63,581 nucleotides of DNA from a virus (IMGVR_UViG_3300036830_000158:1-63581), one strand, 5' to 3'. Counted from the stretch's first letter, positions 44,177 through 53,720 are shown. The notes: a model not told the origin generated them from the sequence alone. Translations and numbers: made by a program.

Positions 44177-45111
44177 TGGCCGCATCGTCAATTCAGCGCT
44201 GGACCATCACCGGGCGCGAGGAATGGCTCGCCCGCCGGAAGCCCAACATCAACGGGTCCGAGATCGGGGCGCTGTTCGGCTGCTCGCCGTTTATGACGCC
44301 ATACGCGCTCTATGCGGAGAAGGCGGAGCTGGCTGCGTTGCCGGACATCGACAACGACGCCATGCGCCGGGGCCGCATCATGGAACCGGCGGTCGCCCAG
44401 GCGATTCGGGAGCAGCATCCGGATTGGAGCATCGTCAAAGCCGACGATTACGTCTGGTCGCCGGACTGGCGGCTGGGCTGCACGCCGGATTTCTGGATCA
44501 GCGCCCCAAGCACCGCACGCCATGGCGTGTTGCAGGCCAAATCGGTTGCGAAGCCGATTTTCGACGCCGAATGGCAGGACGGTCCGCCGCAGTGGATTGT
44601 CCTGCAAACCCTTCAGGAAATGATGCTGGCGGATGTCTCCTGGGGTGTCATCGGCGCGCTGGTGCTGTCGACTTTCACCGTCGATCTGAAGCTTTTCGAG
44701 TTCACCCGCCATGCCGGCGCCGAGGCGAAGATGATCGCTGAGGCCAAGCGCTTCTGGGCCGATGTCGAGGCGGCCCGGCCACCGAAGCCGGATTACGCCG
44801 CCGACGGCGACGTCATCAAGGCCATTTATGCCCGCGACGATGGCCCGACCCTCGATCTAAGCCGGGACAACAGGATGCCGGAGCTTTTGGACCGACATGA
44901 GCAGCTCGCCGCCATGGGGCGGCATGCCGAGACCGAAATGAAAGCCATCAAAGCCGAGATCGCCGACAAGCTCGGCGCTGCTGCGGCGGCGACGGTGCCG
45001 GGCTGGCAGATCACCAATAAGCTCCAGCACCGCAAGGAGACCGTGCAGAAGGCGTCATCCTTCCGGGTGCTGCGCATCAAGCGGCTCCAGACGCAGAGCG
45101 AGGCGGCGTGA
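44176..45111 (+). CDS. YqaJ-like recombination exonuclease
   Basis: EWLARRK..INGSE, MRRGRIMEP, GCTPDF, LQAKS. Confidence 0.85.
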   Translation: MAASSIQRWTITGREEWLARRKPNINGSEIGALFGCSPFMTPYALYAEKAELAALPDIDNDAMRRGRIMEPAVAQAIREQHPDWSIVKADDYVWSPDWRLGCTPDFWISAPSTARHGVLQAKSVAKPIFDAEWQDGPPQWIVLQTLQEMMLADVSWGVIGALVLSTFTVDLKLFEFTRHAGAEAKMIAEAKRFWADVEAARPPKPDYAADGDVIKAIYARDDGPTLDLSRDNRMPELLDRHEQLAAMGRHAETEMKAIKAEIADKLGAAAAATVPGWQITNKLQHRKETVQKASSFRVLRIKRLQTQSEAA

Positions 45112-45564
45112 CGACAGAACCGGAAATCATCACTGGGCCGCAGGAATGGTGCGAAGCCGGACGGGCGCAACTTTACACCCGCGCCTGTCATCTTGAGGTC
45201 GCGCTCGCGATCGTCTGCTCACATCTCGAACACCGGGAGCAGGCGCTTGAGGCGCTGGGGATGCCGCGCTCTGGGGTTGTCACCGACCGGCTGGAAAAAT
45301 GTCAGGAGCTGCTGGAGCGCCGTCCCTATCAGCCTCCTCGGGAGAAAGCGGCGTGACCAAAACCGTCCTTGGCGAGCAGATCGCGGAAATCGAGCGCGAG
45401 CTGGCGCTGAGGCGGTCCGTCTACCCGAAATGGGTTCAGACCGGAAAGCTCAGCCAGGCGCTCGCCGACCGGCAAGTCGCCTGCATGGAAGGGACGCTGC
45501 GGACATTGCGGTGGCTCGAAAAACACGAAGTCAGGATCAAGCAGATGCTCAAGGAAACGCAGCC

Positions 45565-46737
45565 ATGAACCAGATCACAACTCAGGCCCAGGCAGAGCGG
45601 CGCGTCTCGCCGGTTGAGGCCTATACGGCCCAGGTCATCGGCGATGAAATCACAAGCGCGGAGTTGTTCCGAGCGCTGCCGTCGCATATTCCGCCAGAAC
45701 GTTTCAAGCGCAACCTCATCAATGCGCTGATGCAGAACCCTGACATGCTGAAATATGACCCACGCCTTGTTTATCGTGAGGTTTCCAAGGCCGCCGCACT
45801 CGGGCTTCTACTCGATCCGCAGCTTGGCGAGGCCTACATCGTGCCGGTCTGGAACGCCAAAGCTGGGCGGCCGGAGCCGCAATTGCGCGTCGGCTACCGC
45901 GGCATCATCAAGCTCGGCCGGCAGTCAGGCGAAATTACAGCGATCTATGCGCACGAGGTTCATGAAAACGATGAGATCGATTGTGATCTCGGTGTTGATA
46001 AGCGCCTGGTCCATAAGCCGCTTCTGTTCGGTGACCGTGGCCGTGTTGTCGGCTATTATGCCGTCGCCAAGTTCAAGGATGGCGAGGCTGATTTCGAGCC
46101 GATGACGCTTGATCAGATCCACGCCATTCGCGATAAATCCGATGGCTGGCGGGCATTCAAGGCTGGCAAGATCAAGTCGACGCCATGGTCGACGGATGAA
46201 GGCGAGATGGCCAAGAAGACGGTCATCAAGCGACTTTGCAAGCGCATCCCGCAGTCTCCGGACTTGGCGACGGCGCTCAGTCTGGAGAATGACGCCAATC
46301 CAATCGAGCCGACGCGCATAATCAATCTCAATGCCGGCCGTCCATTGGCTTCGCAGACACGCGCCATCGAATCCCGTCTCGACCAATTCGCCGCCGCCGG
46401 CGACCAGTCCCCCCAGCATCAGCCAGCCGAGGATGCGCACCCTCAGTCGGCTGATGAGCCCGAGGCCTTCACAGCTCCCGCTGAGGCCGACGGCGCGCCC
46501 GCGTCATCTGAAAACTCAGCAACAGATCCTGGGACTGAGGATGACGCGGGCGCTCCCCTGCCGGAAAAGATTGTCGTTGCGATGGAGATGGGACGAGGCG
46601 CTCGCCGCAGCGGCTTGCCGCGCGAGACGCCGCGCACGCTGCAATACAAATCCAAGCAGGATGAGGCCGCCGCGTTCCGGCGCGGCTGGGATGAAGAGAA
46701 CCTGGAAATCCAGGCCGAAGACGGTGGCACGGTGTGA
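45565..46737 (+). CDS. recT: RecT-like single-strand annealing protein
   Basis: AALGLLLDPQLGEAYIVP, GYRGIIKL, PWSTDEGEMAKKTVIKRLCK. Confidence 0.9.
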   Translation: MNQITTQAQAERRVSPVEAYTAQVIGDEITSAELFRALPSHIPPERFKRNLINALMQNPDMLKYDPRLVYREVSKAAALGLLLDPQLGEAYIVPVWNAKAGRPEPQLRVGYRGIIKLGRQSGEITAIYAHEVHENDEIDCDLGVDKRLVHKPLLFGDRGRVVGYYAVAKFKDGEADFEPMTLDQIHAIRDKSDGWRAFKAGKIKSTPWSTDEGEMAKKTVIKRLCKRIPQSPDLATALSLENDANPIEPTRIINLNAGRPLASQTRAIESRLDQFAAAGDQSPQHQPAEDAHPQSADEPEAFTAPAEADGAPASSENSATDPGTEDDAGAPLPEKIVVAMEMGRGARRSGLPRETPRTLQYKSKQDEAAAFRRGWDEENLEIQAEDGGTV

Positions 46738-46795
46738 CCAACATCGACATCACCCGCAAGCCGGACATTATCGCTCAGACCTATGAGGCGGCGGA

Positions 46796-47185
46796 ATGAA
46801 ACTCGCCGTCGATATCGTCGTCCAGCGTGGGCACGACTTCCTCTTCATCCGCCGCAAATTTCCACCGTTCGAGGGCGAGTTGGCGCTACCGGGCGGTTTC
46901 GTCGAGGACAACGAAACCTGCGAAGCCGCAGCGGTCCGCGAACTTGCCGAGGAAACCGGCGTCCGCGTCGAGGAAAAGCAGTTGCGGTTGATCGGTGTAT
47001 TCTCAAAGCCGAAGCGCGACCCACGCCAGCGCGTCATCTCCGTCGCTTACCATGTCGTCATCCCGCTCGGAACCGAGGCGCATGCCGGCGATGACGCAGC
47101 CAGTTTGATCTGGATAAAGAAATCTGATTGGCTCAATGAGCCGCTGGCGTTCGATCACGCCTGGATTGTGGAGGCCGCGCTATGA
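46796..47185 (+). CDS. NUDIX hydrolase
   Basis: LPGGFVEDNETCEAAAVRELAEETG Nudix box; RDPR; LAFDH. Confidence 0.92.
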   Translation: MKLAVDIVVQRGHDFLFIRRKFPPFEGELALPGGFVEDNETCEAAAVRELAEETGVRVEEKQLRLIGVFSKPKRDPRQRVISVAYHVVIPLGTEAHAGDDAASLIWIKKSDWLNEPLAFDHAWIVEAAL

Positions 47186-47424
47186 GGAAAGTTCTAGTGC
47201 TCGGCGTCCTGCTCCTTGCCGCCTGCACCGATCCCGATGGCGCCACGCGCGCGCTTCGGGATCAAGGGTTCAAGAATATCGAGATCACCGGATATCAGTT
47301 CGTCGGCTGCGACGACAAGGACACCTTTCATACCGGCTTCAAGGCGACCACCGTCAACGGCGTCCCAACGATCGGCGTGGTCTGCTCGGGCTTGATGAAG
47401 GGGTCTACCGTGAGGTTCCAATGA
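47182..47424 (+). CDS. Small lipoprotein
   Basis: Lipobox LAAC. Confidence 0.7.
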   Translation: MRKVLVLGVLLLAACTDPDGATRALRDQGFKNIEITGYQFVGCDDKDTFHTGFKATTVNGVPTIGVVCSGLMKGSTVRFQ

Positions 47425-47778
47425 CCGTCGCCGCGATTGTCCTGGCCGTCGTTCTAATCATTACGGAGCCGAGCCGATGAAACCCTCCCGCGCACTCGCC
47501 ACGCTCATTACCGGCAAGGTCTTGGACAAGATCGAGCAGACCCGCACGCTGAACAGCGACCAGATCGAGGCTGCGGCCTGGGAGGCGCTGCTGGTGGCGT
47601 CCGCCGATGATGACGAGGCGTCGCAGAGCGCGGAGACCGACGGCCCGGTCCGGAATGCGGCGATCGCGCTGGTCAAATTCGCGCTCGCTAATCCCGAGAT
47701 AATCAAGAAGATCGATCAAACGATTTGCATATACATGAACGAGCTTTACCACACCCTCTTAGATACGGGGTGGAAGCC

Positions 47779-48189
47779 ATGACCCTCTCCGTCTTCGTCG
47801 CAGGCCAACCGGCGCCGCAAGGTTCCAAGCGTTATGTCGGGCGCGGGATCCTTGTCGAGTCCTGCAAGGCCGTGAAGCCATGGCGGTCCGATATCCGCTC
47901 TGCATGTGTCGATGATCGAGGCGGCCCCCTTGTGTTCTTTTCCGGCCCGGTCTCGGTGCGCCTCGAATTCGTCATGAAGCGCCCGGCATCCGCGCCGAAG
48001 CGGATGACGCCGGCGGCGGTCAGGAAGCCCGATATCGATAAGCTCGCCCGCGCCGTGCTCGACGCCATCGGCTCGGCTGGCTGTTGGCGGGATGACAGCC
48101 AGGTCGTAAAACTGTTGGCGGACAAGCGGCTTGCCGAGATCGGAGAGACACCCGGCTGCAAGATCAGGATTGAGGAGGCGGCAGTCTGA
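47779..48189 (+). CDS. rusA: RusA-like Holliday junction resolvase
   Basis: PAPQGSKR; KPDIDKLARAVLDA; DDSQVV. Confidence 0.9.
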   Translation: MTLSVFVAGQPAPQGSKRYVGRGILVESCKAVKPWRSDIRSACVDDRGGPLVFFSGPVSVRLEFVMKRPASAPKRMTPAAVRKPDIDKLARAVLDAIGSAGCWRDDSQVVKLLADKRLAEIGETPGCKIRIEEAAV

Positions 48190-48521
48190 TGGACCATGAA
48201 CGGCTTATTCGCGTTATCGCCTGGCTGGGCATCGGCCTGATCCTGGCCTCGCCGGTGGCGGCGTTCTGGAGCTTCTGGGCATCGGTGCTGATGCTGCTCG
48301 CCGGCATGGTGACGATCATTTTTGCCGATGAGAACTGGCCGTTCGATCGATGAGCGGCGAATGAACTTCCCGCGCCGGAAGAGCGGGCGGGCCGGGGCGT
48401 CCAGACCAAGGGACGATGCGGAGGTGCGGGGAAAGAAAACGCACCGCAAATCGCGCCTGAGCCGCGAGGAATACAGCGCCCTCGCGGGGACCCCGGCAAC
48501 TTTATGGAGGTGAGAAGCATC

Positions 48522-49067
48522 ATGGAGCGAGAATTCCCTTTGCAATGGCCGGCGAGCCAGCCACGGACCGAGCGCAGGGACCCCGGCAAGTTTCAGCGCT
48601 CACTAAACGATTCTCGTGTCCATCTAATCAAGCAGGTTCAATTGGCAGGAGGCTCCGATATTCTGATCTCCTCCAACTATGGCGGTCTCAGCGGCAAGTC
48701 TCCAGCCGATCCGGGCGTCGCGGTTTATTTCAACCGCCGCAATAAGCGGCTCGCAATGGGCTGCGACCGCTGGCGCCTGGTTGCTCACAATCTGACCGCG
48801 CTCGGCAACAGCATAGAGGCAATGCGCGGCATCGACCGCTGGGGCTGCAGCCATTTGATGGAACAGGCCTTTTCGGCATTTGAGGCGCTTCCCGCGCCCG
48901 GATGGCGACAGGTGCTTCAATTAATCGGGGGAAGGCCGTCCCTTGAAGATGCCGAGGCCAGCTACCGGGCGCTGGTCAAGAAGCATCACCCCGATGCAGG
49001 AGGCAACCAGGAGCAGTTCCTGCGGATTCAGAAGGCCGTCGAAGACGCCAGGCGGGAGTTGAATTGA
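48522..49067 (+). CDS. J-domain-containing phage protein
   Basis: PLQWP...DPGVAVYF...CDRW; C-terminal YRALVKKHHPDAGG. Confidence 0.85.
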   Translation: MEREFPLQWPASQPRTERRDPGKFQRSLNDSRVHLIKQVQLAGGSDILISSNYGGLSGKSPADPGVAVYFNRRNKRLAMGCDRWRLVAHNLTALGNSIEAMRGIDRWGCSHLMEQAFSAFEALPAPGWRQVLQLIGGRPSLEDAEASYRALVKKHHPDAGGNQEQFLRIQKAVEDARRELN

Positions 49068-49102
49068 GCGAGAGTCCGGCAACTTTATGGAGGATATGGA
49101 CA

Positions 49103-49555
49103 ATGGGATACAGCACAAGCTTTGAGGGCGTCATTAAATTCAGCCGCGATCTTACTGCCGCTGAATTGCGTGAGATCAATGAGATCCTTGAGATTGACGA
49201 TGTCGCCGAACACGCCAAGAGCATCGGCTTCATAGCGACGAAAGAGGATATGTTCAGTTGGCTGGCTCTTCGTCTCGCCAAGGATTTCACAGGCCTTGAA
49301 TGGGATGGGAGCGAAAAAACCTACGGCATGATCACGGCGCTCAACGTCATCATGCAGGTGATCAAGCGGAAGATCCAAGACCTGTCATTTAGCGGTCGAA
49401 TGACGGCCCAGGGTGAAGAGGTCGGGGATATCTGGGGCATTGAAGTATCTGATGGGAAGGCGGTCCGCACTGAGCTGAAAAAGCCGGCCATGATGAAATG
49501 CCCTCGATGCCGTGAATGGTTCAGAACCGAAGATGCCGAAGAACGCTCAGAATAG
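49103..49555 (+). CDS. Hypothetical protein
   Basis: MGYSTSFEG...WDGSEKTY...QGEE..D.W; C-terminal CPRC. Confidence 0.6.
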   Translation: MGYSTSFEGVIKFSRDLTAAELREINEILEIDDVAEHAKSIGFIATKEDMFSWLALRLAKDFTGLEWDGSEKTYGMITALNVIMQVIKRKIQDLSFSGRMTAQGEEVGDIWGIEVSDGKAVRTELKKPAMMKCPRCREWFRTEDAEERSE

Positions 49556-49556
49556 C

Positions 49557-49629
49557 CGCACCGCGTCGCCCCGCTACGCAGCGCCACGCTTCGCCACGCC
49601 TCGCGGCGCTTCGCATCGCATCGCAACGT
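49557..49629 (+). repeat. Pentamer array 1, (CGC-NN)x14; candidate guide RNA
   Basis: CGC at exact 5-nt period; NN = ac gt cc ta ag ca tt ca ct gg tt at at aa; intergenic. Confidence 0.85.
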
Positions 49630-49650
49630 CAATAAAAAGGAAGGCCGCAT

Positions 49651-50256
49651 ATGTCACTGACGACCGTTACAGCCCAGCTCAAATCGGTTTCGCCCTATTC
49701 GCAGAGTAAGCATTATCAGGTCGATCCTCTTCAGGGGGAATCGAAGGACGACCATTACCGCCGCACCTGGCGCAATCATATGCATTGCGATCAGGACGGG
49801 CAGGTTTTCATTCCCCCGAACGCATTCAAGAATGCGGTCGCCGAAGCCGCGAAGTTCTTGTCGATCTCGGTCCCCGGCGGTGGCAAGGCGAAATATACCA
49901 AACATTTCGAGGCCGGGATTCTTGTGATCAAGCCGGTCTTGCTGGGTGTCCACAAAGACAGCGTCGAATGTGAAAATCTGTTCCTTCCCAGCGACGGGCG
50001 GCGAGGCGGCGGCAGCCGTGTCAATAAGTACTATCCCTTCATTCCGGATTGGACGGCTGCGGTCGAATTTCTCATCACGGATGAAACCGTGCTGCAAAGC
50101 TCCGTCGTGGATAAAGACCGCACCATTTTCGAAATCGTGCTGGAGGCCACCGGGAAGCTGATCGGGATCGGCCGCTTCCGTCCGCGAAACAACGGCTATT
50201 ATGGCCGGTTCAAAATCGAAACGCTTGAGATCAGCCGCATGGCTATAGCTGCTTAA
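49651..50256 (+). CDS. Stand-alone RAMP (Cas7/Csm3-like) protein
   Basis: N-terminal beta strand + SP, VFIPPNAFKNAVAEAA helix, W...F strand, Gly-rich loop GKLIGIGRFRPRNNGYYGRF. Confidence 0.7.
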   Translation: MSLTTVTAQLKSVSPYSQSKHYQVDPLQGESKDDHYRRTWRNHMHCDQDGQVFIPPNAFKNAVAEAAKFLSISVPGGGKAKYTKHFEAGILVIKPVLLGVHKDSVECENLFLPSDGRRGGGSRVNKYYPFIPDWTAAVEFLITDETVLQSSVVDKDRTIFEIVLEATGKLIGIGRFRPRNNGYYGRFKIETLEISRMAIAA

Positions 50257-50260
50257 TCCG

Positions 50261-50327
50261 CGCAGCGCTACGCGCCGCTCCGCGCCGTGGCGCGCCGCCC
50301 TGCCACGCATCGCGCCGCAACGCAACG
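50261..50327 (+). repeat. Pentamer array 2, (CGC-NN)x13 (two variant triplets); candidate guide RNA
   Basis: NN = ag ta gc tc gc gg gc cc ca at gc aa aa; begins 4 nt after the RAMP stop codon. Confidence 0.85.
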
Positions 50328-50328
50328 A

Positions 50329-50850
50329 ATGAGTACAGAAATGTTGAAGCCGCCGGAATTCCGCCAATCCAGGGAAGCGCAGATCATCTCGGAACTGTTT
50401 CGAGATATCGAGCAGAAGGACGGCGGCCTGATCACATGGCGAGAACTCTGTTCGGCGACAGGCAAGGGCCGGGCTGAACTGAAAAGCCCGATCCAGACGG
50501 CCATTCGCCGGATGCGCAAAGACCACGGGCTCGTCATCGAGAATGACCGCGACCTTGGCTACCGGCTGAAGGCCAACAATCGTCTGGTGGGGTCGGGCCG
50601 GACCGCGCTGGAAAGATCCAGGCGGATTGAAAAAGTTGGCCTGGAAAAGATGGATTGCTGCGAGCTGGCCAAGCTGTCGATGGAAGAGAAGGCCGAGCAC
50701 ATGGTGGTCAAATCCGCGATTCAGCTCGGCTTGATGACCAAGCGCTCTCGCGTGCGCAGCAGTCTGACGCAGATGGTCATCCGCAAGCACAACGCGCTGA
50801 CCGAGCAGGAAATGCTGCAAGCCATCGTCGAAAGGCTGGGGCAGAAATGA
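50329..50850 (+). CDS. Winged-helix-like accessory protein between pentamer arrays
   Basis: ITWRELCSATG...IQTAIRRMRKDHGLVIENDRDLGYRL. Confidence 0.6.
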   Translation: MSTEMLKPPEFRQSREAQIISELFRDIEQKDGGLITWRELCSATGKGRAELKSPIQTAIRRMRKDHGLVIENDRDLGYRLKANNRLVGSGRTALERSRRIEKVGLEKMDCCELAKLSMEEKAEHMVVKSAIQLGLMTKRSRVRSSLTQMVIRKHNALTEQEMLQAIVERLGQK

Positions 50851-50859
50851 GTGGTTTAT

Positions 50860-50919
50860 CGCCGCGCCCCGCATCGCATCGCGGCGCTCCGCCCCGCCCC
50901 GCCACGCATCGCAACGCAC
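50860..50919 (+). repeat. Pentamer array 3, (CGC-NN)x12; candidate guide RNA
   Basis: NN = cg cc at at gg tc cc cc ca at aa ac. Confidence 0.85.
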
Positions 50920-50940
50920 CTGTACGCCCATGAGTAAGCC

Positions 50941-51210
50941 ATGAACGAGCATGTCAAGCCCCGCAATGTTCTTCCGGCCTCGCTGCCGCCGCGGGGCTTG
51001 AGGCGTGTGGAGGCGGCGGCATATGTCGGGGTCTCCCCGAGTACTTTCGATGAAATGATCCGCGACGGGTTCATGCCTACCCCGAAGCGGTTCCGCGGCT
51101 GCATTATTTGGGACCGCATGGCATTGGACGAAGCCTTCACTTGTCTTCCTGACAGGGAAGGCGCAAAACCGGCCTCGACCAATCCGTGGGACGCCATGAG
51201 CAATGTTTAA
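50941..51210 (+). CDS. xis: Excisionase (AlpA/MerR-like HTH)
   Basis: PRGLRRVEAAAYVGVSPSTFDEMIRDG.MP.P...WDR..LD; directly upstream of the integrase. Confidence 0.8.
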   Translation: MNEHVKPRNVLPASLPPRGLRRVEAAAYVGVSPSTFDEMIRDGFMPTPKRFRGCIIWDRMALDEAFTCLPDREGAKPASTNPWDAMSNV

Positions 51211-52298
51211 TGGTTAGGGTGCGGCTCAAATATGTTATCGCCGATGTTGATCGGCACGGGAACGTTCGCTATTATTTTCGCCGTCGCGGACGCAAGGGCA
51301 AACTCCGATTGCCTGGCCTGCCTGGCTCCGATGAGTTCAACGCGGCCCATGCCGCCGCTCTAGCAGGCAGGCCGCCGCCGGTCAAAATTACTCAACCGCT
51401 TTTAGAGCGCGCACCGCTCGGGACGCTTGAATGGCTCCGCAAGAGCTATTTCTCTTCCATCGAGTTCGGTGGGCTTTCTTCTTATACGCAGCGCGACCGC
51501 CGGAATATTCTGAAGGCGATTTGCGCCGAAACCCTCTCGCCCCATGATCCAACGCGCATTGGCGACCTGCCCTTCGTGCAGATGTCGGAAAAGAGCGTTC
51601 GGATGCTCCGCAACCGCAAGAAAGACGCCCCGAACGCAGCGAACAATTGGGTCAGCGCCCTGAGCACTCTCTTCAAATGGGCAATCGAGGAGAACCTTGC
51701 CGAAGTCAATCCGGCGCGCGACGTGCCGAAAATCGGAATATCGACTGAAGGCTATCATACCTGGGCAACCGAGGAGATCAAACAATACGAGGCTGTCCAC
51801 CAGATAGGAACCCAGGCGCGTCTCGCCCTCGCGCTGCTCGCCTATACCGGGCTGCGTCGAAGCGATGTCATCCGCATTGGCCCCCAGCACGTCGATGCTG
51901 ATGGCGCGCTGGTCCTCAAGCCTCAGAAGACGAAGAAGACTAACGTAACCGTCCATGTGCCGATTTTGCCGGAGCTGCAAAAAGTGATCTTGGCAACGCG
52001 CTGTGGACATCTCACATATCTGACCAGCGAATGGGACCGGCCATGGTCCGCGGCGGGCTTTTCGTCTCGTTTCAAGCAATGGTGTAAGGAGGCCAAGCTG
52101 GGGCATTGCAGCGCTCATGGCCTGCGAAAAGCTGGGGCCTGTTTAGCTGCCGAGAATGGTGCGACAGAACAGCAAATGATGGCAATTTTTGGCTGGAAAA
52201 CAGCCAGCATGGCGAGCAAATATACGCGGGCCGCGAACCGCAAAAAGATCGCTGGCGCAAGCATCCATTTGCTCTCGAAAAGGCGGAACGAGACTTGA
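51210..52298 (+). CDS. int: Tyrosine integrase
   Basis: TGLRRSD, HGLRK, IFGW, KYTR catalytic motifs; DRHGNVRYYFRR arm-binding N-terminus. Confidence 0.93.
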   Translation: MVRVRLKYVIADVDRHGNVRYYFRRRGRKGKLRLPGLPGSDEFNAAHAAALAGRPPPVKITQPLLERAPLGTLEWLRKSYFSSIEFGGLSSYTQRDRRNILKAICAETLSPHDPTRIGDLPFVQMSEKSVRMLRNRKKDAPNAANNWVSALSTLFKWAIEENLAEVNPARDVPKIGISTEGYHTWATEEIKQYEAVHQIGTQARLALALLAYTGLRRSDVIRIGPQHVDADGALVLKPQKTKKTNVTVHVPILPELQKVILATRCGHLTYLTSEWDRPWSAAGFSSRFKQWCKEAKLGHCSAHGLRKAGACLAAENGATEQQMMAIFGWKTASMASKYTRAANRKKIAGASIHLLSKRRNET

Positions 52299-52500
52299 AC
52301 AAATGTGTCCCACTTTCGCTCCCGATTTTCCATCGGTGGGACCATTTAGCGAGAAACACCAATGAAATCAATGCTCAATTTAAGCAGATAAAGTTTTATC
52401 TTTTCTTTCTTTTTCTAGTGGAAACAACAACTTAAACGGCGGTGGGACTCATTTTTATTTTGATTTTTATTAAGCTTTTCGCCGTTTGTGTCCCACCCAA
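52299..52500. other. Putative attP
   Basis: AT-rich stretch after int with four GTCCCAC arm-type repeats: 52304 and 52487 direct, 52335 and 52441 inverted. Confidence 0.65.
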
Positions 52501-52835
52501 AAAGGGGGCCGAGCCGGCCAATGTGATCGATTTGAAGCTATCCAAGAGGAAGGCGGGGTGATGGGCGGCGAGGATAGTCAACCATGCACGCCGAGTTGGT
52601 GCGGCGAAGGCCATGGGGCGAAATGCTTCAACGCCGGACGTTGCCTTCGGAACGTAAAACGCGGATCCCATGCGAAAGGGGATGATGAAGCCCGCAGACC
52701 AGGAACCAAAGCGTCGGCGGGGGGAGTCCCTAAGTAGGCCGGTCGCCCGGCGGAGGGCGACTGCAACGTCTGAGATATGGACGCGACAGGAGGGAGAGAC
52801 CCCGTCATTTTGAAGCTATCGAAGAGGAGAGCAGT

Positions 52836-53264
52836 TTGAGTAAGCGCAAAGGCGATCCCGGCTATTCCGATGGCTGGTGCATTCATTTTCGAAGCATCGG
52901 TCAATTTGATACGTGTGAGGTGGGTGTCAGCTATAACGATTTTCATGGCACGCCATTCGCCGAACGTCCCTGCTTTTTGCTCAAGGGCAAGCCGAAACCG
53001 GGCGCGAAATCATGCCCGCACTTGCGCCTTCCGACGGCGGAAGAGATGGCTGCGCATGAGATTTGGGTGCAGGGGCACATGGGCAAGGTGGCGACCGTCA
53101 TGAAGGGCATCGCCCCATGGCGACAGAAGCACAAGGGCAAGTCAGCGCGAGAAGTCGTCGAATGCCCGGCTTGCAGGGGCCGACTTCATCTCTCGATAGC
53201 GGCATATAATGGGCACGTCCACGGCAGATGCGAGACCGATGGCTGTGTTAATTGGATGGAGTAG
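52836..53264 (+). CDS. Cys/His-rich hypothetical protein
   Basis: CIHF, CPAC, HVHGRC...C motifs; GAGGAG RBS, TTG start. Confidence 0.6.
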   Translation: MSKRKGDPGYSDGWCIHFRSIGQFDTCEVGVSYNDFHGTPFAERPCFLLKGKPKPGAKSCPHLRLPTAEEMAAHEIWVQGHMGKVATVMKGIAPWRQKHKGKSAREVVECPACRGRLHLSIAAYNGHVHGRCETDGCVNWME

Positions 53265-53564
53265 ACGATGGTGGACGATGCTCGCTGAAATGCGTGCCGC
53301 CGAGACCTTGCCCTGGGACCGCAAGCGGGCGCTGCTCAACGCGAAGATTTTTCCCCAAATGACAAACTGGCTGCCGGATGACGAGGCGGCGCAACTCCGT
53401 TTCGAGTTTGCGGCGGAATTGGCGCGTCTCAACCTGGCCTGAACCGAGGCCAGACATTGGCGGCCCGCATTCGCTGTTGGCCAGCCGCGCTGACAATCCA
53501 TCCGACCGCTGATTATCCTCGTCTCGAGATCCGCTTACGTAATTTTCCCTATGCCGGATTATGC

Positions 53565-53720
53565 AAAGCACTTGTGCAGCACAAAATGCACAACATGTGC
53601 AATTTTGCGCTTGCACCGTGCATTTCTTTACGCCACAGTGGAAATGCACTGGATGCGAGGGGATTGAGCGATGTCGGAACGCCATTTGGCGGGCCGCGAT
53701 GTGCATAAATGTGCACACCG
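53565..53720 (+). promoter_or_regulatory. Operator cluster in front of the accessory/CRISPR operon
   Basis: TGCACA-aca-TGTGCA at 53587-53601 plus several TGCAC/GTGCA half-sites. Confidence 0.65.

Noticed and set aside
49651-50256. RAMP as the missing Cas6 or Cascade subunit for the array
   Set aside because: It is a single short RAMP about 10 kb away with no cas5 or cas8 and its own repeat tracts. Not excluded experimentally, but less parsimonious.
49557-50919. Pentamer tracts as simple microsatellites or Arg/Ala-rich coding sequence
   Set aside because: The period of 5 is not codon-based, the dinucleotides vary while the triplet is fixed, and I saw the tracts only in the three intergenic gaps around the RAMP module.
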